64,000 nucleotides of DNA from assembly GCA_002269645.1 (NCBI GenBank), contig NIVC01002656.1, positions 1 to 64,000 of the forward strand. The letters run 5' to 3'. A program made the translations under genes and the position numbers. Below the pieces are notes generated by a model, which ran no database searches, was not told the DNA's origin, and was given only the letters and a program-made list of their open reading frames with translations. Origin of the DNA: Macrostomum lignano. Taxonomy: Eukaryota. Positions 34,915 through 47,500 of the stretch are shown one piece after another. Each line of letters starts with the position of its first letter. Position 1 is the first letter of the stretch.

Positions 34915-35540
34915 TATTGGCATGATGAAATAGAAGCATCAGAAATAGTTTGACATCAGCAAATAAACTTCGACAGCAGTAACCATACCAACAGAAGTGA
35001 ATGAAAAGAACACGATTTTCACTACAATATTTTTCAACAAATTTAAAAAACGCGATATAAAATCTTTTTCGATTTCGATACCGGCTTTATTATATAATGA
35101 AACAATAGCAATTTAAATCTAATTTAATATCCGAGCAAAGGCCAATGCAGATCACAGCTGCCTTAGGCTTTCATAGATACAAACGGAGGACTTCAGAACT
35201 GGAATATTTTCAAATTGGAAGATGATTAACAAACCAATCAGCAATCTACGATAACATTTGTTAGAACGCTACTAACAGTAAGCTGTTGGAATATTCGCGG
35301 ATAATTTTAGTTTTCAATAAGTCAACATAATAAAAATCAACTACAAATAATAAATAAACAATTCATAATCTCTAATAGGAATGCCTTATTGAGAAATGTG
35401 ACCTGCACAAATATGTATGTGAACTGTAACTAAATAGCTGATCACAGATATTCTTGACAATACACATTACCGCACATTGTCTGAGCTGTTAAAAAGAAGC
35501 AATCCTTATGCTTGGAAGCTTCTGAATGATGCGGACTCTG

Positions 35541-38500
35541 CTACTGCTGGCTCGTGCCCCGCTTGTCATCTGAAATTTATTTAGCAAACCAATTCATTTT
35601 TCAGATATCAAACCATCATTACAGAATGATAGCTAATAGGAATCTGCACATTATCCACCCAAATCTGCACATTACCCAACACAATCTGCACATTACCCAG
35701 CACAATCTGCACGTTACCCAATCCATTCTGCACATTACCCAACACAATCTGCACATTACCCACCGCAATCTGCACATTACCCACCCAATCTGCACATTAT
35801 CCACCCCAATCTGCACATTACCCACCCAATCTGCACATCACCCAGCACAATCTGCACATTACCCAATCCATTCTGCACATTACCCAACACAATCTGCACA
35901 TTAACCACCGCAATCTGCACATTACCCACTCCATTCTGCACATTACCCACCGCAATCTGCACATTACCCACCGCAATCTGCACATTACCCAATCCATTCT
36001 GCACATTACCCAACACAATCTGCACACTACCCAACACAATCTGCACATTACCCACCGCAATCTGCACATTACCAACCACAATCTGCACATTAACCACCAT
36101 AATCTGCACATTACCCCGTCGCTCACCCAAGCCGCGCAGCAGCCTCCGGCTAGTCGGGCTCAACGCGCGATCGGCTTCGCAGCCACCTGCGGTGCCCCGC
36201 CTCCTCCCTTGCAGTCGGTTGTCGCCGGCTTTGCCTTTGATCTGGCCGTCGGCATCGGCGTCGCCGTTACCTTCCCCGGCGCTATCGCCGACTTCGTCGT
36301 CGCCAACGGCCTCCTTGTCAGCCGGCCGGCGGCCCAGCAGGCTCTGGATGTCGGCCAGGGCGGCGCGGATGTCGTCGGCGCCGGCGCCGCCGTTGGATTT
36401 GCCTTCGTCGACAGGTGGCGGCTTTCGGCGAGGCTGCGGCGGCGCCTGCGGCTGTTGCTGGGGCAGCTGCTGGCGAAGCACCTGCTGGCAAGCCGCCAGC
36501 TGCGCACGGAGTCGGCGATTCGCAGCCTCGGCCTGCGTCGGTTTTTTTGAATATTTTAAACAAAGAATCCTCAGATCCCAATCTAGATCCTCAGATCCCA
36601 ATCTATAATCCTCAGATCCGAATCTAAAATCCTCAGATCATAATCTAAAATCCTCAGATCCCAATCTAAAATCCTCAGATCCCAATCTATAATCCTCAGA
36701 TCCGAATCTAAAATCCTCAGATCATAATCTAAAATCCTCAGATCCCAATCTAAATTCCTCAGATCCGAATCTAAAATCCTCAGATCCCAATCTAGATCCT
36801 CAGATCCCAATCTATAATCCTCAGATCCGAATCTAAATCCTCAGATCATAATCTAAAATCCTCAGATCCCAATCTATAATCCTCAGATCCGAATCTAAAA
36901 TCCTCCGATCAGAATCTAAAATCCTCAGATCCCAATCTAAATCCTCCGATCAGAATCTAAAATCCTCAGATCCCAATCTAAAATCCTCAGATCCCAATCT
37001 AAATCCTCCGATCAGAATCTAAAATCCTCAGATCCCAACTTCAAATCCCTGATCAAATGGGATTTGATTTGAGGTTGGGATCATGGAATTTGAGATTGGG
37101 ATCAAATGGGATTTGATTTTAAATCAAATGGGATTTGATTTCAAACTTCAAATCCCCTAATCTAAATCTTAAATCCCATGATTCCAATCTTAAATTTTTA
37201 GATCCCTATTTCAAATCCTTAGATCCCAATCTAAAATCCCCAGATTTTGCACCTGTCGAGCCGAGTTCGTGGCCTCCTTGCACTGCCTCGCCCAGGTGTC
37301 CAGCTCGGCCACCAGCCTCTCGTTGTCAGCCTCCAGAGCCATCAGCCGGCGCTCCTGCAGCTGTTGCTGCCGGCGTTGCTGCTTTTTGGCCGCGGCAGAG
37401 GCGGCCGAGGCGGACGGGGCTGCCTGGTGACGGCGGGCAGCTGCTGCCGTGGCCTCCTCCGCCTCCTCCTTTGCTTTGAGCGCGTCCCTGGATGGGGAGG
37501 ACAATTAGCGACGGGTTTGTGCGGGAGTTCAAACTGGGATTCGAGGTTGGGATCATAGGATTTGAGATTGGGATCATAGGATTTGAGATTGGGATCATAG
37601 GATTTGAGATTGGGATCATAGGATTTGAGATTGGGATCATAGGATTGGAGATTGGGATCATAAGATTTGAGGTTGGGACCATAGGATTTGAGATTGGGAT
37701 CATATGATTTGAGATTGGGATCATATGATTTGAGATTGGGATCATAGGATTTGAGATTGGGATCATAGGATTTGAGATTGGGATCATAGGATTTGAGATT
37801 GGGATCATAGGATTTGAGATTGGGATCATAGGATTTGAGATTGGGATCATAGGATTTGAGGTTGGGACCATAGGATTTGAGATTGGGATCATAAGATTTG
37901 AGGTTGGGATCATAGGATTTGAGATTGGGATCATATGATTTGAGATTGGGATCATATGATTTGAGATTGGGATCATAGGATTTGAGATTGGGATCATAGG
38001 ATTTGAGATTGGGATCATAGGATTTGAGATTGGGATCATAGGATTTGAGATTGGGATCATAGGATTTGAGATTGGGATCATAGGATTGGAGATTGGGATC
38101 ATAAGATTTGAGGTTGGGACCATAGGATTTGAGATTGGGATCATATGATTTGAGATTGGGATCATATGATTTGAGATTGGGATCATAGGATTTGAGATTG
38201 GGATCATAGGATTTGAGATTGGGATCATATGATTTGAGATTGGGATCATAGGATTTGAGATTGGGATCATAGGATTTGAGATTGGGATCATAGGATTTGA
38301 GGTTGGGACCATAGGATTTGAGATTGGGATCATAAGATTTGAGATTGGGATCATAGGATTGGAGATTGGGATCATAAGATTTGAGGTTGGGACCATAGGA
38401 TTTGAGATTGGGATCATATGATTTGAGATTGGGATCATATGATTTGAGATTGGGATCATAGGATTTGAGATTGGGACCATAGGATTTGAGATTGGGATCA

Positions 38501-41500
38501 TAGGATTTGAGATTGGGATCATAGGATTTGAGATTGGGATCATAGGATTTGAGGTTGGGACCATAGGATTTGAGGTTGGGACCATAGGATTTGAGATTGG
38601 GATCATAAGATTTGAGGTTGGGATCATAGGATTTGAGATTGGGATCATATGATTTGAGATTGGGATCATATGATTTGAGATTGGGATCATAGGATTTGAG
38701 ATTGGGATCATAGGATTTGAGATTGGGATCATAGGATTTGAGATTGGGATCATAGGATTTGAGATTGGGATCATAGGATTTGAGATTGGGATCATAGGAT
38801 TGGAGATTGGGATCATAAGATTTGAGGTTGGGACCATAGGATTTGAGATTGGGATCATATGATTTGAGATTGGGATCATATGATTTGAGATTGGGATCAT
38901 AGGATTTGAGATTGGGATCATAGGATTTGAGATTGGGATCATATGATTTGAGATTGGGATCATAGGATTTGAGATTGGGATCATAGGATTTGAGATTGGG
39001 ATCATAGGATTTGAGGTTGGGACCATAGGATTTGAGATTGGGATCATAAGATTTGAGATTGGGATCATAGGATTTGAGATTGGGATCATATGATTTGAGA
39101 TTGGGATCATATGATTTGAGATTGGGATCATAGGATTTGAGATTGGGATCATAGGATTTGAGATTGGGATCATAGGATTTGAGGTTGGGACCATAGGATT
39201 TGAGATTGGGATCATATGATTTGAGATTGGGATCATAGGATTTGAGATTGGGATCATAGGATTTGAGGTTGGGACCATAGGATTTGAGATTGGGATCATA
39301 TGATTTGAGATTGGGTTCATAGGATTTGAGATTGGGATCATAGGATTTGAGATTGAGATCATAGGATTTGAGATTGGGATCATAGGATTTGAGATTGGGA
39401 TCATAGGATTTGAGATTGGGATCATAGGATTTGAGATTGGGATCATATGATTTGAGATTGGGATCATATGATTTGAGGTTGGGACCATAGGATTTGAGAT
39501 TGGGATCATATGATTTGAGATTGGGATCATAGGATTTGAGATTGGGATCATAGGATTTAAGAAAGGGATCATGGGACTTGAGATTGGGATCATATGATTT
39601 GAGATTGGGATCATAGGATTTGAGATTGGGATCATAGGATTTAAGAAAGGGATCATGGGACTTGAGATTGGGATCCAATGGGATTTGATACTGCGATAAT
39701 GGGATTCGAGGTTGGGATCATGGTATTCGAGGTTGGGATCATGGGATTTGAGATAGGGATAATGGGATTGGAGGTTGGGATCATGGGATTCGAGGTAAGG
39801 ACCATGGGATTTGATATTGGGATCACGAGATTCGAGATAGGGATCATGGGATTTGAGATTGGGATCAACTGGGATTTCAGACCTAGCCAGAGCCAGCTCC
39901 GCCCGGGTGTCCTTCAGTCTGGCGGCGAGTTCGGCCGCCCGCTTGCGCAGCGCCTCGGCCTCCCGGCCGCTGGCCACCCGAGCAGCTTCAGAGTCGGCCC
40001 GCAGCGCGGCCACCTCCAGCCGCGAGTCCTTGAGCTCCAAGTACAGCGAGTCGCGTTCAGCGGCGGCTCGCTCGAGCTCGGCAACGCCAAGGCGACCGCG
40101 AGACTCCAAAGCCGCCAGCTGGCCGCTGCGGTCCTCGAACAGGCTGACGAGGTGCCTGCGGATGCAAATGGATCGTCGGCTATTGAAGTTTGCCATTGTG
40201 TTGAAAACTTTGCAGTGTAAACTGCTGTCTCTGCTACAGCTCCAGCTCCCGAATTTTCACCCAGACAGTCAGCCGCGTTCAAAGCCGGTTCTATGCACCG
40301 GAAATCCACCCCGAGGCCCCCTACAAAATCTCAAGAAAATCCGCCCCCAAACCCGCCAGAAAATCCGCCTCTAAACGCTCCAGAGAATCCGCCCCTAAAC
40401 CCTCCAGAGAATCTGCCCCTAAACCCTCCAGAAAATCCGCCCCTAAACCCTCCAGAGAATCCGCCCCCAAACCCGCCAGAAAATCTGCCCCTAAACCCTT
40501 CAGAGAATCCGCCCCTAAATCCGCCAGAAAATCCGCCCCTAAACCCTCCAGAGAATCCGCCCCTAAACCCTCCAGAAAACCCGCCCCTAAACCCTCCAGA
40601 GAATCCGCCCCTAAACCCTCCAGAGAATCCGCCCCTAAAGCCGCCAGAAAATCCCCGCTAAACCCTCCAGAGAATCCGCCCCTAAACCCTCCAGAGAATC
40701 TGCCCCTAAACCCTCCAGAGAATCCGTCCCTAAACCCTCCAGAGAATCTGCCCCTAAACCCTCCAGAGAATCCGCCCCTAAACCCTCCAGAGAATCTGCC
40801 CCTAAACCCTCCAGAGAATCCGTCCCTAAACCCGGCAGAAAACCCGCCCCTAAACCCTCCAAAGAATCCACCCCTAAACCCGCCAGAAAATCTGCCCCTA
40901 AACCCGCCAGAAAATCCGCCCCTAAACCCTCCAAAGAATCCACCCCTAAACCCTCCAGAGAATCTGCCCCTAAACCCTCCAGAGAATCCGCCCCTAAACC
41001 CTCCAGAGAATCCGCCCCTAAACCCGGCAGAAAACCCGCCCCTAAACCCTCCAGAGAATCTGCCCCTAAACCCTCCAGAGAATCCGCCCCTAAAGCTGCC
41101 AGAAAACCCGCCCCTAAACCCTCCAAAGAATCCACCCTAAACCCGCCAGAAAATCTGCCCCTAAACCCTCCAGAGAATCCGCCCCTAAACCCTCCAGAGA
41201 ATCCGCCCCTAAACCCGGCAGAAAACCCGCCCCTAAACCCTCCAGAGAATCCGCCCCTAAACCCTCCAGAGAATCCGCCCCTAAACCCGGCAGAAAACCC
41301 GCCCCTAAACCCTCCAGAGAATCTGCCCCTAAACCCTCCAGAGAATCCGCCCCTAAAGCTGCCAGAAAACCCGCCCCTAAACCCTCCAAAGAATCCACCC
41401 CTAAACCCGCCAGAAAATCTGCCCCTAAACCCTCCAGAGAATCCGCCCCTAAACCCTCCAGAGAATCCGCCCCTAAACCCGGCAGAAAACCCGCCCCTAA

Positions 41501-44500
41501 ACCCTCCAGAGAATCCGCCCCTAAACCCTCCAGAGAATCCGCCCCTAAACCCGGCAGAAAACCCGCCCCTAAACCCTCCAGAGAATCTGCCCCTAAACCC
41601 TCCAGAGAATCCGCCCCTAAAGCTGCCAGAAAACCCGCCCCTAAACCCTCCAAAGAATCCACCCCTAAACCCGCCAGAAAATCTGCCCCTAAACCCTCCA
41701 GAGAATCCGCCCCTAAACCCTCCAGAGAATCCGCCCCTAAACCCGGCAGAAAACCCGCCCCTAAACCCTCCAGAGAATCCGCCCCTAAACCCTCCAGAGA
41801 ATCCGCCCCTAAACCCTCCAAAGAATCCACCCCTAAACCCGCCAGAAAATCCGCCCCTAAACCCTCCAAAGAATCCACCCCTAAACCCTCCAGAGAATCT
41901 GCCCCTAAACCCTCCAGAGAATCCGCCCCTAAACCCTCCAGAGAATCCGCCCCTAAACCCGGCAGAAAACCCGCCCCTAAACCCTCCAGAGAATCCGCCC
42001 CTAAACCCTCCAGAGAATCCGCCCCTAAAGCTGCCAGAAAACCCGCCCCTAAACCCTCCAAAGAATCCACCCCTAAACCCGCCAGAAAATCCGCCCCTAA
42101 ACCCGCCAGAAAATCCGCCCCTAAACCCGCCAGAAAATCTGCCCCTAAACCCGCCAGAAAATCCGCCCCTAAACCCTCCAGAGAATCCGCCCCTAAACCC
42201 TCCAGAGAATCCGCCCCTAAACCCGCCAGAGAATCCGCCCCTAAACCCGCCAGAAAATCCTCCCCTAAACCCGGCAGAAAACCCGCCCCCAGCTGCACCT
42301 GTAGTCCTCCAGCACGCTGGCCAGCTGCTGTGCCCGCCCAGCCTCCTGCTCATACTGCCTGTCCCGCTCAGCCGCCAGTCTCGCCACCTCCTCGTCCCGC
42401 TGCCGCAGCCGCTCAGTCAGGTGTCGGAGCTCCTCGTTGGAGGCGGACAGACGCTCCTCAATCTCCAGCCGCTCCTCCGACTGATCGGCGAGGCGGCGCT
42501 CCAGAGCGGCCACGTCGGCTTTAACCGCCTGCAGCTCCTTGGCTTGCAGTTCGCAGCGCTCAGTCTCTGCCGCGAGCTGAGTTGCCAGGCTGCGGGACTG
42601 CGCCTGCGTGTACTGCTGCTCCTCCGCCAGGGCTTTGGTCACCTGATGGGGGCGGGCCGCGATTTCAATGCGTGACGAAGTTGCTTAAATTCTGGAAATC
42701 TCACCCTGAGGTCTCTTACTGATGATTCAGAAATCTCACCCTGAGATCTATCCACGATGATTCAGAAATCTCACCCTGAGATCTCTTACTGATGATTCAG
42801 AAATCTCACCCTGAGATCTCTTACTGTTGATTCAGAAATCTCACCCTGAGATCTCTTACTGATGATTCAGAAATCTCACCCTGAGATCTCTTACTGTTGA
42901 TTCAGAAATCTCACCCTGAGATCTCTTACTGATGATTCAGAAATCTCACCCTGAGATCTCTTACTGATGATTCAGAAATCTCACCCTGGTCGAGATCTCT
43001 TACTGTTGATTCAGAAATCTCACCCTGAGATCTCTTTTAATGATGGTTCAGAAATCTCACCCTGAGATCTCTTACTGATGATTCAGAAATCTCACTCTGA
43101 GATCTCTTACTGATGATTCAGAAATCTCACCCTGAGATCTCTTACTGATGATTCAGAAATCTCACCCTGAGATCTCTTACTGATGATTCAGAAATCTCAC
43201 TCTGAGATCTCTTACTGATGATTCAGAAATCTCACCCTGAGATCTCTTTTAATGATGGTTCAGAAATCTCACCCTGAGATCTCTTTTAATGATGGTTCAG
43301 AAATCTCACCCTGAGATCTCTTACTGATGATTCAGAAATCTCACCCTGAGATCTCTTACTGTTGATTCAGAAATCTCACCCTGAGATCTCTTACTGATGA
43401 TTCAGAAATCTCACCCTGGTCGAGATCTCTTACTGTTGATTCAGAAATCTCACCCTGGTCGAGATCTCTTACTGTTGATTCAGAAATCTCACCCTGAGAT
43501 CTCTTACTGATGATTCAGAAATCTCACCCTGGTCGAGATCTCTTACTGTTGATTCAGAAATCTCACCCTGGTCGAGATCTCTTACTGTTGATTCAGAAAT
43601 CTCACCCTGAGATCTCTTTTAATGATGGTTCAGAAATCTCACCCTGAGATCTCTTACTGATGATTCAGAAATCTCACCCTGAGATCTCTTACTGATGATT
43701 CAGAAATCTCACCCTGAGATCTCTTTTAATGATGGTTCAGAAATCTCACCCTGAGATCTCTTTTAATGATGGTTCAGAAATCTCACCCTGAGATCTCTTA
43801 CTGATGATTCAGAAATCTCACCCTGAGATCTCTTTTAATGATGATTCAGAAATCTCACTCTGAGATCTCTTACTGATAATTCAGAAATCTCACCCTGAGA
43901 TCTCTTTTAATGATGGTTCAGAAATCTCACCCTGAGATCTCTTTTAATGATGGTTCAGAAATCTCACCCTGAGATCTCTTACTGATGATTCAGAAATCTC
44001 ACCCTGAGATCTCTTACTGTTGATTCAGAAATCTCACCCTGAGATCTCTTACTGATGATTCAGAAATCTCACCCTGATATCTCTTACTGATAATTCAGAA
44101 ATCTCACCCTGAGACCCGCCTGTCTCACCTGCTCCTTAGTAAGCGAGTCGGACTCCTCTTTCAGCGCCTCAATCAGGGCCCTGAGTTCGGCCACTTCAGT
44201 AGACTTGGCAGTCAGTTTAGCCTTGACCTCGTGCAGCTCGGTCTCAGCGGAGTCTCTGGCCTCGGAGAGCTCGTCCCGTTCCGCCTTCAACTCTTCAACC
44301 TCAGCCTCGGCGGACTTGAGCCTCGGCTCGATCAGCGCCGACTCTTTGATTGCCTCCTCTCTGAGTCTCTTGGACTCCGCCAGCTCAGTCTGAGTCGAGT
44401 CCAGGCCCGACTCGAGAGCCGATCGCTTCGATTCCCAGGCTTTCCTGTCTCGGTCGTAGTCGTCAATTAGGCGGGACAAGGTGGACTCGAGTTCGGCCAC

Positions 44501-47500
44501 TCGGCTGGACCGGGAGTCCGCCTTCGAGCGCAGCTGCTCGGCCTCTCGACGGGCGTCTTCGGCTACGAGCTCCAGTCTGCAGTGGCGGAGGGGACGTTGA
44601 GGAGGGGATTGTTTGATACTAATAGTAGTGGGTTGCTTTTGAGGTGACAGGGTGAGAGGGTGAGAGGGTGACAGGGTGAGAGGGTGACCGGGTGAGAGGG
44701 TGAGAGGGTGACCGGGTGAGAGGGTGAGAGGGTGACCGGGTGAGAGGGTGAGAGGGTGACCGGGTGAGAGGGTGAGAGGGTGACCGGGTGAGAGGGTGAC
44801 CGGGTGAGAGGGTGAGAGGGTGACAGGGTGAGAGGGTGAGAGGGTGAGAGGGTGAGAGGGTGACCGGGTGAGAGGGTGACCGGGTGAGAGGGTGAGAGGG
44901 TGACAGGGTGAGAGGGTGAGAGGGTGACCGGGTGAGAGGGTGAGAGGGTGACCGGGTGAGAGGGTGAGAGGGTGACCGGGTGAGAGGGTGACCGGGTGAG
45001 AGGGTGAGAGGGTGACAGGGTGAGAGGGTGACCGGGTGAGAGGGTGACCGGGTGAGAGGGTGAGAGGGTGACAGGGTGAGAGGGTGACCGGGTGAGAGGG
45101 TGACCGGGTGAGAGGGGGAGAGGGTGACAGGGTGAGAGGGGGAGAGGGTGACAGGGTGAGATGGTGACAAGGGGACAGGGTGAGAGGGTGAGAGGGTGAC
45201 AAGGGGACAGGGTGAGAGGGTGAGAGGGTGACAGGGTGAGAGGGGGAGAGGGTGACAGGGTGAGATGGTGACAAGGGGACAGGGTGAGAGGGTGAGAGGG
45301 TGACAAGGGGACAGGGTGAGAGGGTGACAAGGGGACAGGGTGAGAGGGTGACAAGGGGACAGGGTGAGAGGGTGACAAGGGGACAGGGTGAGAGGATGAG
45401 AGGGTGACAAGGGGACAGGGTGAGAGGGTGAGAGGGTGACAAGGGGACAGGGTGAGAGGGTGAGAGGGTGACAAGGGGACAGGGTGAGAGGGTGAGAGGG
45501 TGACAAGGGGACAGGGTGAGAGGGTGAGAGGGTGACAAGGGGACAAAATGACAGTTAAGACGGGCGATGGAGGCGAGAGGAGAGGTGGGGCAGCAAAGTT
45601 GAGATGCTCAATACAGAATTTGTCAAATTTGACCTTCTCTGTTCCTCGGCCGATCTGTCCCGCAGTTTCCTGAGCTCGGCCTCGTACTGGTCAGCTGACT
45701 CGCTGCACCGGCGTTGCCAGGCGGCCTCCAGCTCGGACTTCTCGGCCAGGAAGGAGCGGCGCGACTCGGACAGTTCGTGCTCCAAAGATCCGATGTCGCG
45801 CAGCCGGTCCTCGATCTCAGCTGAGAACTCTTGCAGGCATCTGGGCGGGGAGGAGAGAGCGCGAATCGTTGAATGGGGATTTTTATAGTAAGAAATGTTT
45901 TGATTTTTTATAAACCCAATGAAAAAAATCCTAGGATTTATAAAAACATCTGATCATTTTGATTGGGAAAATTTCAGACAACCTAAAATTGTGTGGATTC
46001 CAAGCAGGGAGAACTCAAAACAGGGGGAATCCCAAGCATAGGGAATCCAAACATGGGAAACCCCAAACAGGGGAAACCCCAAAAAGTGAAAACCCCAAAC
46101 AGGGAAATTTCAAGCTTGGGGAACTCCAAGGAGGTGGAATCTCAAGAATGTGGGAAGCTGGAGCATGGGGGAATACCAGTCATCTAGGAATTTCATGCAG
46201 GGGGAATCCCAAGCATGCGGAAATTCCAAGCAGGGGGAAGCCCAAATAGGGGAATTCTAATCATGGGGAATTCCAAGCATGGGAACCCCAAGAATGAGGG
46301 AATGTAGAGTATTATACCTCCCAAGAAACGTCATACAAATTGTTAACATACTACTTATACATTTTTATTCAGTAGTATACTAAGTAGCATGTATAAAATT
46401 AAGTACTGAATCACAGATATATTTTAATCAACCAATCACAAGAGAGTAAAGTCGAAAATGTTACTTTTTGCAACCGACAAATCACGTGTGACCTACAATT
46501 GTCAGTTCAAACCCCATCTGCGATTCATCATTCGGCATGCACCCTGATGAACCAATCAAAGGTAACCAATCACGCGCGCTTACACTAGACTAGTGGCTTC
46601 ACTTTCTACCCTGTCATGCTTGACAGCAACCAAAGCGTGACCCTTTGACATTTACGAAAATGTGATGGACGACCTCACGAGGGGTCCGTTTGCCTATAAA
46701 TACAAGTGGTCAGAAGCGAACCCGGAGCCAACAACCGAACCTCCAGAAGGAGGAGCTCCGAAGAGGAAGCCTCAGGAGGACTTCCTGCAGACCGAGTCAA
46801 TCGAGACTCGGCTGAGTTCTTGCGGCAAGCCTTACTCATTTGCGCCCGTTGTTTGAGTCGACTCATTATTGTTGTTGAGTTTGAGTCTGTTGAGACTCCA
46901 TTGGTTGTAGTCTCCAGAAGGACTACCCTGATAGATCTTAGAGGACTATCAGTGATTACCGGAGCTATACCTAGAGTGCGTTAAGGCACTGCTAGAACGA
47001 GAAGGCTTAATTTGAAACCGCAGTTCGGCGCAGGGATCCCATTGTTAATTCGAAGCTTCTGATTGGTCCGAACGACAGATTCCGGCCGGAAACGACTTCA
47101 TTGGAAGTAAAGAGGAACCTGGACCAGGACAACTAAATCTAGACGTCTAAACTGATTGAAACCGAGAACTACGCAAAGAAGAGCTCTCCAAAACAGGACT
47201 CAAGGTAATAAATACCTTCATTTGAATACTGGGTTGCCTAGCAGTAGCTAGAAGTGATTGTTCTTTGATTACTGAGAAAGGTCTTAGTAATAGAGAACAT
47301 ATCAGGAATTCCAAGCAGGGGGAATCCCAAGCAGGGAAATCCCAAGCAGGGGGAATCCTAAGTACTGGGAAAGTGGAATTCCAAGAACGCCTACCTCTCC
47401 AGTGTGGTCGCCAGCACGGCGTCCTCCTGTTGCGACACAGGCTCGCCCTCGACGAACGGCCGTCCACCTCGACGCCGCGTCTCCACGTCGGCCAGCACGC

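Noticed and set aside
37342-39678. 778-956-aa ORFs (DPNLKSY, MIPISNP repeats)
   Set aside because: A 21-bp unit leaves frames open by chance; the array lies in a phase-consistent CCDC158 intron.
40635-42353. (RGGFSGGF)n ORF resembling an RGG/FG or glycine-rich structural protein
   Set aside because: Translation of the intronic 24-mer; variants are not synonymous-biased; CCDC158 splices across it in phase.
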